Part shown: positions 22,540-31,901 of the stretch, one piece after another
Position numbering within the stretch: the stretch's first letter is position 1
Layout of the letters: each line of letters begins with the position of its first letter
IMG/VR virus record: IMGVR_UViG_3300010279_000007
Strand: one strand, 5' to 3'
DNA from: a virus
Lineage: Duplodnaviria; Heunggongvirae; Uroviricota; Caudoviricetes
DNA: 50,738 nt
Notes under the pieces: generated by a model
Database searches by the model: none
Told to the model about the DNA's origin: nothing
Seen by the model: only the letters and a program-made list of their open reading frames with translations
Translations under genes and position numbers: made by a program

Positions 22540-23328
22540 ATGCTGGAAAAAGACTACCAGTTATCCGCATATAAAAAATTGGCCGCCGCCGGTGGGATGA
22601 AAACACCTGGTGCCATAACATCGGCACGAAACAGTGCTAACACAGCAAAACTGCTTGCAGAAGAATTGACCGGATTAATTCTGGATACAATTGTCTATCC
22701 CGACACTATTACCAGCTATGTTTCAACGATCAGAACAACCGCAACCGGTTTAACGAATATTGGAGGGCTGGCAACTCAGCACGCGGACCTGTTGGCTGGT
22801 TATGCTGATCTGTCAATGCTCCTTCAACTCGATATTGGTTGGGATGTTTACTGTCGTGCTAATGAGCGAGAAGTTTCAGAACTGCCGATCTCTATTGCCA
22901 TTGGTGATGTGACTATTACTAAATCGCTTGAGGACGCTGTAAACGCGCTTAATACATCAAGTTTAGTCGCTGCTATGGGGGAGATTAACCAGACCCTTAA
23001 CACTGGCTCAGGAAGCTCGTCAGGCTCTGGTTCAGGCGGCGGCACTGCCACTCCCCCACCAGCACTAACAGAAGAGCAAATTGAATCTCTGAAAGTAGCA
23101 ACTGAACAGTTTGGGGTTGTTTTCAACCAGACAACAGCACCCACAACTGCGTTACAACAGCAGTATGAACGAGCGAATGAAAGCGCCAACGTAGCCATAA
23201 CTGCTTATAACCATGCTATCGGTACCGCGCTTGCGGAAGCATCAGCAAATAAGGCCAGCACAGCCAGCGCAATCGCCGCTTTGGTTCCTGATTCTGTTCT
23301 TGATGAATTAAACAAAGCGGCACAGTAA
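22540..23328 (+). CDS. hypothetical protein with Gly/Ser linker
   Basis: ATG at 22540 after AGGAGAT RBS; central SGSSSGSGSGGG low-complexity linker. Confidence 0.5.
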   Translation: MLEKDYQLSAYKKLAAAGGMKTPGAITSARNSANTAKLLAEELTGLILDTIVYPDTITSYVSTIRTTATGLTNIGGLATQHADLLAGYADLSMLLQLDIGWDVYCRANEREVSELPISIAIGDVTITKSLEDAVNALNTSSLVAAMGEINQTLNTGSGSSSGSGSGGGTATPPPALTEEQIESLKVATEQFGVVFNQTTAPTTALQQQYERANESANVAITAYNHAIGTALAEASANKASTASAIAALVPDSVLDELNKAAQ

Positions 23329-23367
23329 CAAAGGACTTCATTGATAATTTTTCTTCAGGAGGAAGAC

Positions 23368-23790
23368 ATGTCATTCTTTTCTACATTAAAAACAGCTTTG
23401 TCTTTGAAGGAGAAACTTGCTGCTACTGGTGTTCTTGTTCTGATTTGCGCACTTGTTGGTGCTGGGTTTGCGTGGGAACGTCATCAGCTAAAGCAAGCCA
23501 TGGAGAAAATTGGCAGTCTTGATCAGGCTGTTAAGGAACGTGATAAGTCAATAATGGATCTTAACCAGACCATTGAGACGATGAACAAAGCAGAGCAACA
23601 TTTTCACAGCCAGGAAGTGAAAAATGAATCAGAACAAGCCAAGTATGCTGACAGGCAAATGGAACGAAAAGCTGAAGTTCAGAAACAACTTGTTGCGGCG
23701 GGTAATGTTCGCCAGCGTATTCCTGCTGACACTCAGCGGTTGCTCCGGGAGTCGATCAGCGAATTTAACGCCGACGCCGACAAAGGTTAA
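23368..23790 (+). CDS. i-spanin-like protein (N-terminal TM plus periplasmic coiled coil)
   Basis: AGGAGG RBS; TM segment LAATGVLVLICALVGAGFAW followed by coiled coil. Confidence 0.45.
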   Translation: MSFFSTLKTALSLKEKLAATGVLVLICALVGAGFAWERHQLKQAMEKIGSLDQAVKERDKSIMDLNQTIETMNKAEQHFHSQEVKNESEQAKYADRQMERKAEVQKQLVAAGNVRQRIPADTQRLLRESISEFNADADKG

Positions 23791-23956
23791 CCACCCTGCC
23801 CCAAAAAGTGCATTTATGTGCAGGATGCCAGAGTTTAGCAGTGAATATTTTGATGATCTGCCAGCGTATATCCTCGATACAGAAACGATGCTGATGGGGA
23901 TTAACAGGAAGAATCGCAACGTTAATGATTACAACCGCGCTATCAGCGGTAACTAA
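23705..23956 (+). CDS. o-spanin-like lipoprotein, overlapping in +1 frame
   Basis: MFASVFLLTLSGC lipobox; starts inside preceding gene and extends 166 nt beyond it. Confidence 0.45.
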   Translation: MFASVFLLTLSGCSGSRSANLTPTPTKVNHPAPKSAFMCRMPEFSSEYFDDLPAYILDTETMLMGINRKNRNVNDYNRAISGN

Positions 23957-23967
23957 AAGGGATTTTT

Positions 23968-24360
23968 ATGTCTGATAAAGTAACAGTAAAGCAAACTATC
24001 AACAAAGCGACTTCAATCTACAAAATTGAGCACATCACTGTTGGCAAGCCAGGATCTGAACAATACCGTCATGCTTTCGAGCTTGCCGATCAGCTTGGTT
24101 TAAAACACCCGGATTGCATCGAGCATGTATTTCCGACCTATGCTGATGAGCAATGTACTCATGTTCTTACCGAAGAGGATTTTTTCAGCACTGAAGAACG
24201 AGAAGGCGTTGATCGTTGCATTGGTGTGATTTGCTCTTCAGTGAGTTATGAGTTATTCCCTAATGTCCATGAAAATGGTGGTATTGGATACCAATTCCTG
24301 TACGAAGGCGATGAGCTTAAATGTTATGAACATGGTCTTCTTATCGAAAGCGTAGAATAA
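23968..24360 (+). CDS. hypothetical protein
   Basis: 130-aa ORF directly upstream of the plasmid origin. Confidence 0.5.
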   Translation: MSDKVTVKQTINKATSIYKIEHITVGKPGSEQYRHAFELADQLGLKHPDCIEHVFPTYADEQCTHVLTEEDFFSTEEREGVDRCIGVICSSVSYELFPNVHENGGIGYQFLYEGDELKCYEHGLLIESVE

Positions 24361-24400
24361 TACCCTTCCTTCCAACCGGCTATGTTGGCCGGTTTTTCAC

Positions 24401-24478
24401 TTATCCACATTATCCACTGGGTAGATCCAATAATTAGGTCCATACAGATCCCAATTAGATCCATATAGATCCCTGATC
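24401..24478. promoter_or_regulatory. origin elements: tandem DnaA boxes and five GATC sites
   Basis: TTATCCACA/TTATCCACT at 24401-24418; five GATC in AT-rich heptamer repeats 24424-24478. Confidence 0.6.
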
Positions 24479-24517
24479 GTTGCAGGCCGCGCCACGTCTG
24501 GCTTAGAAGTGTATCGC

Positions 24518-24621
24518 GATGTGTGCTGGAGGGAAAACGATGTGTGCTGACGGGATAAAAATGTGTGCTGACGGGTTGCTAATGTGTGCTGGCGGGATAT
24601 AGGATGTGTGCTGACGGGAAA
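24518..24621. repeat. five 19-bp iterons upstream of repA (incC-like)
   Basis: GATGTGTGCTGGAGGGAAA-like copies at 24518, 24539, 24560, 24581, 24603. Confidence 0.85.
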
Positions 24622-24677
24622 GCCCGGGTAGTTATCACCGCTTATAAAAACTATCCACATAATTCGGAAAAAGTAAT

Positions 24678-25538
24678 ATGAATCAATCTTTTATCTCCGA
24701 TATTCTTTACGCAGACATTGAAAGTAAGGCAAAAGAACTAACAGTTAATTCAAACAACACTGTGCAGCCTGTAGCGTTGATGCGCTTGGGGGTATTCGTG
24801 CCGAAGCCATCAAAGAGCAAAGGAGAAAGTAAAGAGATTGATGCCACCAAAGCGTTTTCCCAGCTGGAGATAGCTAAAGCCGAGGGTTACGATGATATTA
24901 AAATCACCGGTCCTCGACTCGATATGGATACTGATTTCAAAACGTGGATCGGTGTCATCTACGCGTTCAGCAAATACGGCTTGTCCTCAAACACCATCCA
25001 GTTATCGTTTCAGGAATTCGCTAAAGCCTGTGGTTTCCCCTCAAAACGTCTGGATGCGAAACTGCGTTTAACCATTCATGAATCACTTGGACGCTTGCGT
25101 AACAAGGGTATCGCTTTTAAGCGCGGAAAAGATGCTAAAGGCGGCTATCAGACTGGTCTGCTGAAGGTCGGGCGTTTTGATGCTGACCTTGATCTGATAG
25201 AGCTGGAGGCTGATTCGAAGCTGTGGGAGCTGTTCCAGCTTGATTATCGCGTTCTGTTGCAACACCACGCCTTGCGTGCCCTTCCGAAGAAAGAAGCTGC
25301 ACAAGCCATTTACACTTTCATCGAAAGCCTTCCGCAGAACCCGTTGCCGCTATCGTTCGCGCGAATCCGTGAGCGCCTGGCTTTGCAGTCAGCTGTTGGC
25401 GAGCAAAACCGTATCATTAAGAAAGCGATAGAACAGCTTAAAACAATCGGCTATCTCGACTGTTCAATTGAGAAGAAAGGCCGGGAAAGTTTTGTAATCG
25501 TCCATTCTCGCAATCCAAAGCTGAAACTCCCCGAATAA
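24678..25538 (+). CDS. repA: plasmid replication initiator RepA
   Basis: 286-aa ORF flanked on both sides by iteron arrays. Confidence 0.9.
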   Translation: MNQSFISDILYADIESKAKELTVNSNNTVQPVALMRLGVFVPKPSKSKGESKEIDATKAFSQLEIAKAEGYDDIKITGPRLDMDTDFKTWIGVIYAFSKYGLSSNTIQLSFQEFAKACGFPSKRLDAKLRLTIHESLGRLRNKGIAFKRGKDAKGGYQTGLLKVGRFDADLDLIELEADSKLWELFQLDYRVLLQHHALRALPKKEAAQAIYTFIESLPQNPLPLSFARIRERLALQSAVGEQNRIIKKAIEQLKTIGYLDCSIEKKGRESFVIVHSRNPKLKLPE

Positions 25539-25822
25539 GTGTGTGCTGGAGGGCAGCTGCATTCAAAAAATGTGTGCTGCCGGGAAGGCTTGTCCAATTT
25601 CCCGTTTTTGATGTGCGCTGGAGGGGGACGCCCCGCAGCTTGCTCAGACTTTCCCTCCAGCACACATCTGTCCATCCGTTTTTCCCTCCAGTGCACATGT
25701 AATTCTCTGTCTTTCCCTCCAGCACACATATTTGATACCAGCGATCCCTCCACAGCACATAATTCAATGCGACTTCCCTCTATCGCACATCTTAGACTTT
25801 TATTCTCCCTCCAGCACACATC
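25538..25822. repeat. nine 19-bp iterons downstream of repA (incA-like copy-control array)
   Basis: Three forward and six inverted copies of the same iteron family. Confidence 0.85.
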
Positions 25823-26095
25823 GAAGCTGCCGGGCAAGCCGTTCTCACCAGTTGATAGAGAGTGAAGCCGGGCTGCCCGTTGAAGCAGGAAATCACCAAA
25901 ATGATTCAGGCTACAACCTGAACATAGAAGAAATCCGCGTCCTTTATGCGTGGAGGATGCCAAAGCATGTTGTGACACACTTGGCAAAGGAGTAAACATG
26001 CAGGGAATGCTATGTACAAGCATCTACGCATACATTATTATTTTATGCAGCATTTTTAATTAAATTCAAAAATACAGCATAAAGGATGACTTTCG

Positions 26096-27292
26096 ATGAG
26101 TGATTCCAGCCAGCTTCACAAGGTTGCTCAAAGAGCAAACAGAATGCTCAATGTTCTGACTGAACAAGTACAGTTGCAAAAGGATGAGCTACACGCGAAC
26201 GAGTTTTACCAGGTCTATGCGAAAGCGGCACTGGCAAAATTGCCTCTACTGACTCGAGCGAACGTTGACTATGCCGTAAGTGAAATGGAAGAAAAGGGTT
26301 ATGTTTTCGATAAACGCCCTGCTGGCTCTTCAATGAAATATGCGATGTCAATTCAGAACATCATTGACATATATGAACATCGCGGAGTGCCAAAATACCG
26401 GGATCGCTACAGCGAAGCGTATGTGATTTTCATCTCCAATCTTAAAGGCGGTGTGTCAAAAACTGTATCGACGGTTTCTCTGGCGCATGCAATGCGTGCC
26501 CACCCTCATCTTCTGATGGAAGATTTAAGAATTCTGGTTATTGACCTTGATCCGCAATCTTCAGCAACGATGTTTTTAAGCCATAAACACTCTATTGGTA
26601 TCGTAAACGCAACATCTGCACAGGCTATGTTGCAGAATGTAAGCCGTGAAGAGCTGTTAGAGGAGTTTATTGTTCCTTCTGTTGTACCTGGGGTTGACGT
26701 TATGCCTGCGTCGATTGACGATGCCTTTATTGCATCCGATTGGAGAGAGCTGTGCAATGAGCATCTACCGGGTCAGAACATCCATGCAGTCCTGAAAGAA
26801 AATGTGATTGATAAGCTGAAGAGCGATTATGACTTTATCCTCGTTGATAGTGGTCCTCACCTTGACGCCTTCCTGAAAAATGCTTTGGCCTCGGCCAATA
26901 TACTGTTTACACCTCTGCCGCCTGCAACGGTTGATTTCCACTCATCGCTTAAATACGTTGCCCGCCTTCCTGAGTTGGTGAAACTCATTTCGGATGAAGG
27001 CTGCGAGTGCCAGCTTGCGACTAACATTGGTTTTATGTCCAAGTTGAGTAACAAGGCAGACCATAAGTATTGCCATAGCCTGGCTAAAGAAGTGTTCGGT
27101 GGGGATATGCTTGATGTCGTCCTCCCTCGCCTTGACGGTTTTGAACGCTGCGGCGAGTCTTTTGACACTGTTATTTCAGCTAACCCGGCAACGTATGTTG
27201 GTAGTGCTGATGCATTGAAGAACGCGCGAATTGCCGCGGAAGATTTTGCTAAAGCAGTTTTTGACCGTATTGAATTTATCAGATCTAACTGA
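26096..27292 (+). CDS. parA: plasmid partition ATPase ParA
   Basis: 398 aa with deviant Walker A (ISNLKGGVSKT) and extended N-terminal DNA-binding region. Confidence 0.9.
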   Translation: MSDSSQLHKVAQRANRMLNVLTEQVQLQKDELHANEFYQVYAKAALAKLPLLTRANVDYAVSEMEEKGYVFDKRPAGSSMKYAMSIQNIIDIYEHRGVPKYRDRYSEAYVIFISNLKGGVSKTVSTVSLAHAMRAHPHLLMEDLRILVIDLDPQSSATMFLSHKHSIGIVNATSAQAMLQNVSREELLEEFIVPSVVPGVDVMPASIDDAFIASDWRELCNEHLPGQNIHAVLKENVIDKLKSDYDFILVDSGPHLDAFLKNALASANILFTPLPPATVDFHSSLKYVARLPELVKLISDEGCECQLATNIGFMSKLSNKADHKYCHSLAKEVFGGDMLDVVLPRLDGFERCGESFDTVISANPATYVGSADALKNARIAAEDFAKAVFDRIEFIRSN

Positions 27293-27308
27293 GGAGTAAG
27301 AAACCCCC

Positions 27309-28310
27309 ATGTCAAAGAAAAACAGACCAACAATTGGGCGAACCCTTAATCCTTCAATATTAAGCGGATTTGATAGTTCTTCAGCCTCTGGCGATCGAGT
27401 CGAGCAGGTATTCAAGTTATCAACTGGTCGCCAGGCCACATTTATTGAAGAGGTAATACCTCCGAACCAGGTAGAAAGCGATACCTTTGTTGATCAGCAT
27501 AACAACGGGCGTGACCAGGCATCTCTTACGCCAAAATCATTAAAAAGTATCCGAAGCACTATTAAGCATCAGCAATTTTACCCTGCAATAGGTGTTAGAC
27601 GGGCTACAGGGAAAATTGAAATTTTGGATGGTTCCCGGCGTCGAGCTTCTGCCATCTTAGAGAACGTAGGGTTGCGGGTTTTAGTCACGGACCAGGAGAT
27701 CAGCGTTCAGGAAGCGCAAAATTTAGCGAAAGACGTTCAGACAGCATTGCAGCACAGCATTCGAGAAATAGGTCTGCGTTTGATGCGAATGAAAAATGAT
27801 GGGATGAGTCAGAAGGATATTGCAGCCAAAGAAGGGCTGTCTCAGGCGAAGGTCACGCGTGCTCTCCAGGCAGCGAGTGCTCCGGAAGAATTAGTCGCCC
27901 TTTTCCCTGTTCAGTCGGAATTAACCTTTTCGGACTACAAAACGCTTTGTGCTGTTGGCGACGAAATGGGGAACAAGAATTTAGAGTTTGATCAGCTTAT
28001 TCAAAACATATCCCCGGAAATAAACGACATCTTATCCATTGAAGAAATGGCCGAAGATGAAGTTAAAAATAAAATCCTGCGCTTGATAACAAAGGAAGCC
28101 TCACTACTCACGGATAAAGGTTCTAAAGATAAGTCCGTAGTTACTGAATTATGGAAATTTGAGGACAAGGATCGCTTTGCAAGGAAGCGCGTGAAAGGCC
28201 GTGCATTTTCTTATGAGTTTAATCGACTTTCAAAAGAGCTACAGGAAGAACTCGACAGGATGATTGGGCATATCCTTAGAAAGAGCCTCGATAAAAAGCC
28301 GAAGCCTTAA
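27309..28310 (+). CDS. parB: plasmid partition protein ParB
   Basis: 333 aa, immediately downstream of parA and followed by parS-like boxes. Confidence 0.9.
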   Translation: MSKKNRPTIGRTLNPSILSGFDSSSASGDRVEQVFKLSTGRQATFIEEVIPPNQVESDTFVDQHNNGRDQASLTPKSLKSIRSTIKHQQFYPAIGVRRATGKIEILDGSRRRASAILENVGLRVLVTDQEISVQEAQNLAKDVQTALQHSIREIGLRLMRMKNDGMSQKDIAAKEGLSQAKVTRALQAASAPEELVALFPVQSELTFSDYKTLCAVGDEMGNKNLEFDQLIQNISPEINDILSIEEMAEDEVKNKILRLITKEASLLTDKGSKDKSVVTELWKFEDKDRFARKRVKGRAFSYEFNRLSKELQEELDRMIGHILRKSLDKKPKP

Positions 28311-28400
28311 ACTTTCGCCATTCAAATTTCACTATTAACCTACTGTTTTTAAAGTAAATCCATCTAAAATTTCAAGGTGAAATCGCCACGATTTCACCTT
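28311..28400. other. parS partition site
   Basis: TCGCCA (28314), ATTTCAC (28325), AT-rich spacer, then GTGAAAT-TCGCCA-cg-ATTTCAC (28376-28397). Confidence 0.8.
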
Positions 28401-28455
28401 GGATTTTACCTTCCTCCCCTACTCCCGAAAAAAATAAAAAAATTGCTTGTCACGA

Positions 28456-28484
28456 GAAAGTCAACAAGTGACTTTCAATAAAAT
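28456..28484 (+). promoter_or_regulatory. candidate late promoter: inverted repeat plus -10
   Basis: GAAAGTCA-acaag-TGACTTTC followed by TAAAAT upstream of the capsid gene. Confidence 0.3.
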
Positions 28485-28535
28485 CTCTTCCGAAAAGGGA
28501 TTCACACAAGTGCCTTGTGTTTAAGGAAGAGTAAA

Positions 28536-30242
28536 TTGAGTAACTTACGCGAATACCAGAATCGTATTGCAGATATCGCAAAACGCTCTAAAGCTGTGCT
28601 TGGCTGGGCAAGCACTGCGCAGTTCGGTACTGATAACCAATTCATTAAAGATGATGCCGCGCGTGCCGCATCTATCCTTGAAGCTGCACGTAAAGACCCG
28701 GTTTTTGCGGGTATCTCTGATAATGCCACCGCTCAAATCGCTACAGCGTGGGCAAGTGCACTGGCTGACTACGCCGCAGCACATAAATCTATGCCGCGTC
28801 CGGAAATTCTGGCCTCCTGCCACCAGACGCTGGAAAACTGCCTGATTGAGTCCACCCGCAATAGCATGGATGCCACTAATAAAGCGATGCTGGAATCCGT
28901 CGCAGCAGAGATGATGAGCGTTTCTGACGGTGTTATGCGTCTGCCTTTATTCCTCGCGATGATCCTGCCTGTTCAGTTGGGGGCCGCTACCGCTGATGCG
29001 TGTACCTTCATTCCGGTTACGCGTGACCAGTCAGACATCTATGAAGTCTTTAACGTGGCAGGTTCCTCTTTTGGTTCTTATGCTGCTGGTGATGTTCTGG
29101 ACATGCAATCCGTCGGGGTGTACAGCCAGTTACGCCGCCGCTATGTGCTGGTGGCAAGCTCCGATGGCACCAGCAAAACCGCAACCTTCAAGATGGAAGA
29201 CTTCGAAGGCCAGAATGTACCAATCCGAAAAGGTCGTACTAACATCTACGTTAACCGTATTAAGTCTGTTGTTGATAACGGTTCCGGCAGCCTACTTCAC
29301 TCGTTTACTAATGCTGCTGGTGAGCAAATCACTGTTACCTGCTCTCTGAACTACAACATTGGTCAGATTGCCCTGTCGTTCTCCAAAGCGCCGGATAAAG
29401 GCACTGAGATCGCAATTGAGACGGAAATCAATATTGAAGCCGCTCCTGAGCTGATCCCGCTGATCAACCACGAAATGAAGAAATACACCCTGTTCCCAAG
29501 CCAGTTCGTTATCGCGGCTGAGCACACGGTACAGGCGGCGTATGAAGCACAGCGTGAATTTGGTCTGGACCTGGGTTCCCTACAGTTCCGCACCCTGAAG
29601 GAATACCTGTCTCATGAACAGGATATGCTGCGTCTTCGCATCATGATCTGGCGTACTCTTGCGACCGACACCTTTGACATCGCTCTGCCGGTTAACCAGT
29701 CCTTTGATGTATGGGCAACCATCATTCGTGGCAAATTCCAGACTGTATATCGCGACATTATTGAGCGCGTTAAATCTTCTGGTGCGATGGGGATGTTTGC
29801 TGGTGCTGATGCAGCATCTTTCTTCAAACAGTTGCCGAAGGATTTCTTCCAGCCAGCCGAAGACTATATCCAGACTCCGTATGTTCACTACATCGGTACC
29901 CTGTTCGGTAACGTGAAAGTGTACGAAGTACCTGCTGGTATTTGTAAGAACTTAACGACAGAGAACATTCAGTTCAGCTCGATGGATGTGCTGTGCTACG
30001 TCCGTGATGAAAATCCAGGTAAAGCAGGCTTCGTGACTGGTGATGCTGTCCCGGCCATCCCGTTCCAGCATCCGACCACTCCGGCGCTGGTCAACCGTAC
30101 CACGCTGTGGGGTTCGGCTATCAACGATATGCACCCACGCAACGGCGCTGATTACTTCACTCGTGTAACGCTGACAATGGCCAAAAAAGGCGGGCTTAAC
30201 TTCATAAGCGGCGACACGATTGATGCCGGTGACTCTGAGTAA
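28536..30242 (+). CDS. putative major capsid protein precursor
   Basis: TTG start 6 nt after AAGGAAGA RBS (longer ATG at 28515 lacks RBS); placement between parS and sheath gene; call by synteny. Confidence 0.45.
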   Translation: MSNLREYQNRIADIAKRSKAVLGWASTAQFGTDNQFIKDDAARAASILEAARKDPVFAGISDNATAQIATAWASALADYAAAHKSMPRPEILASCHQTLENCLIESTRNSMDATNKAMLESVAAEMMSVSDGVMRLPLFLAMILPVQLGAATADACTFIPVTRDQSDIYEVFNVAGSSFGSYAAGDVLDMQSVGVYSQLRRRYVLVASSDGTSKTATFKMEDFEGQNVPIRKGRTNIYVNRIKSVVDNGSGSLLHSFTNAAGEQITVTCSLNYNIGQIALSFSKAPDKGTEIAIETEINIEAAPELIPLINHEMKKYTLFPSQFVIAAEHTVQAAYEAQREFGLDLGSLQFRTLKEYLSHEQDMLRLRIMIWRTLATDTFDIALPVNQSFDVWATIIRGKFQTVYRDIIERVKSSGAMGMFAGADAASFFKQLPKDFFQPAEDYIQTPYVHYIGTLFGNVKVYEVPAGICKNLTTENIQFSSMDVLCYVRDENPGKAGFVTGDAVPAIPFQHPTTPALVNRTTLWGSAINDMHPRNGADYFTRVTLTMAKKGGLNFISGDTIDAGDSE

Positions 30243-30302
30243 TCAGGGGAAGTTCTCCGTTTAACATAGCGCCCCCGTGCGGGGCGCATAACAGGGAAAG
30301 TT

Positions 30303-31892
30303 ATGTCTCAATATTCAATTCAACAGTCATTAGGTAATGCATCCGGCGTCGCGGTTAGCCCGATCAATGCCGATGCGACGTTATCTACCGGTGTTGCATT
30401 AAATAGCAGCTTGTGGGCTGGTATTGGCGTATTTGCGCGTGGCAAGCCGTTTACTGTTCTTGCGGTTACTGAGTCCAATTACGAAGATGTTCTCGGCGAA
30501 CCGCTGAAGCCGTCTTCCGGCTCACAGTTCGAACCAATTCGCCATGTATACGAAGCTATTCAGCAAACGTCTGGTTATGTTGTCCGTGCTGTTCCGGATG
30601 ATGCGAAGTTCCCGATTATTATGTTCGATGAATCAGGCGAACCGGCTTACAGTGCGTTGCCATACGGTTCTGAAATTGAACTTGATAGCGGCGAAGCCTT
30701 TGCTATCTACGTTGATGATGGTGATCCGTGTATTTCACCTACCCGTGAGTTAACCATCGAAACGGCAACAGCGGACAGCGCGGGTAATGAACGCTTCCTC
30801 TTAAAACTGACCCAGACGACTTCGCTCGGCGTGGTAACGACCCTGGAGACACACACTGTGTCTTTGGCGGAAGAAGCGAAAGATGACATGGGCCGCTTGT
30901 GTTATCTGCCTACGGCTCTGGAAGCCCGTTCTAAATATCTGCGCGCGGTTGTTAATGAAGAGCTGATTTCGACGGCGAAAGTAACAAATAAAAAATCGTT
31001 GGCGTTCACTGGTGGTACCAACGGTGATCAGTCGAAAATCTCAACCGCTGCGTACCTGCGTGCGGTGAAAGTGCTGAACAATGCGCCGTACATGTACACC
31101 GCTGTTATTGGCCTGGGCTGCTATGACAATGCGGCTATCACCGCATTAGGTAAAATCTGTGCAGATCGCCTGATTGATGGCTTCTTTGATGTCAAACCGA
31201 CATTAACGTACGCAGAAGCACTACCAGCTGTTGAGGATACCGGTTTACTTGGTACCGATTATGTAAGCTGTTCTGTCTATCACTACCCGTTCTCCTGCAA
31301 AGACAAATGGACCCAATCCCGTGTGGTCTTTGGTCTGTCTGGCGTGGCGTATGCGGCGAAAGCTCGTGGCGTCAAGAAAAACTCTGATGTCGGCGGTTGG
31401 CATTACTCACCGGCTGGTGAAGAACGTGCCGTCATTGCTCGTGCGTCAATTCAACCGCTGTATCCGGAAGATACCCCGGACGAAGAAGCAATGGTCAAGG
31501 GCCGTCTCAATAAAGTATCTGTTGGCACCTCTGGCCAGATGATCATTGACGATGCTTTAACTTGCTGCACGCAGGATAACTATCTGCACTTCCAGCACGT
31601 CCCATCCCTGATGAATGCAATCAGCCGTTTCTTTGTCCAGTTAGCCCGACAGATGAAGCATAGCCCGGACGGTATTACTGCGGCTGGCCTGACTAAAGGG
31701 ATGACCAAACTTTTAGATCGCTTTGTCGCCTCCGGCGCTCTGGTGGCTCCTCGTGATCCTGATGCTGACGGTACAGAACCGTATGTGCTGAAAGTTACGC
31801 AGGCGGAATTCGATAAATGGGAAGTAGTCTGGGCCTGCTGCCCGACTGGCGTAGCCCGTCGTATCCAGGGCGTACCGCTGCTTATTAAGTAA
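30303..31892 (+). CDS. contractile tail sheath protein
   Basis: 529 aa; size and position upstream of tube-fold proteins; call by fold-family impression and synteny. Confidence 0.55.
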   Translation: MSQYSIQQSLGNASGVAVSPINADATLSTGVALNSSLWAGIGVFARGKPFTVLAVTESNYEDVLGEPLKPSSGSQFEPIRHVYEAIQQTSGYVVRAVPDDAKFPIIMFDESGEPAYSALPYGSEIELDSGEAFAIYVDDGDPCISPTRELTIETATADSAGNERFLLKLTQTTSLGVVTTLETHTVSLAEEAKDDMGRLCYLPTALEARSKYLRAVVNEELISTAKVTNKKSLAFTGGTNGDQSKISTAAYLRAVKVLNNAPYMYTAVIGLGCYDNAAITALGKICADRLIDGFFDVKPTLTYAEALPAVEDTGLLGTDYVSCSVYHYPFSCKDKWTQSRVVFGLSGVAYAAKARGVKKNSDVGGWHYSPAGEERAVIARASIQPLYPEDTPDEEAMVKGRLNKVSVGTSGQMIIDDALTCCTQDNYLHFQHVPSLMNAISRFFVQLARQMKHSPDGITAAGLTKGMTKLLDRFVASGALVAPRDPDADGTEPYVLKVTQAEFDKWEVVWACCPTGVARRIQGVPLLIK

Positions 31893-31901
31893 GGGAATAC
31901 A

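Noticed and set aside
24397-26023. Possible CRISPR array or coding ORFs across the 19-bp repeat arrays (track ORFs 24397-24660, 25438-25767, 25451-26023, 25539-25865)
   Set aside because: Repeats are 19-bp iterons with irregular spacing and mixed orientation flanking repA, with no cas genes; the overlapping ORFs are low-complexity translations of the repeats.
28515-28535. ATG at 28515 as capsid gene start
   Set aside because: No RBS, and it lies inside a leader hairpin; the TTG at 28536 has a well-spaced AAGGAAGA RBS. Either is possible.
30262-30282. GC-rich hairpin GCGCCCC-GTGC-GGGGCGC between capsid and sheath genes as a terminator
   Set aside because: No U-tract follows; more likely an mRNA stability or processing element.
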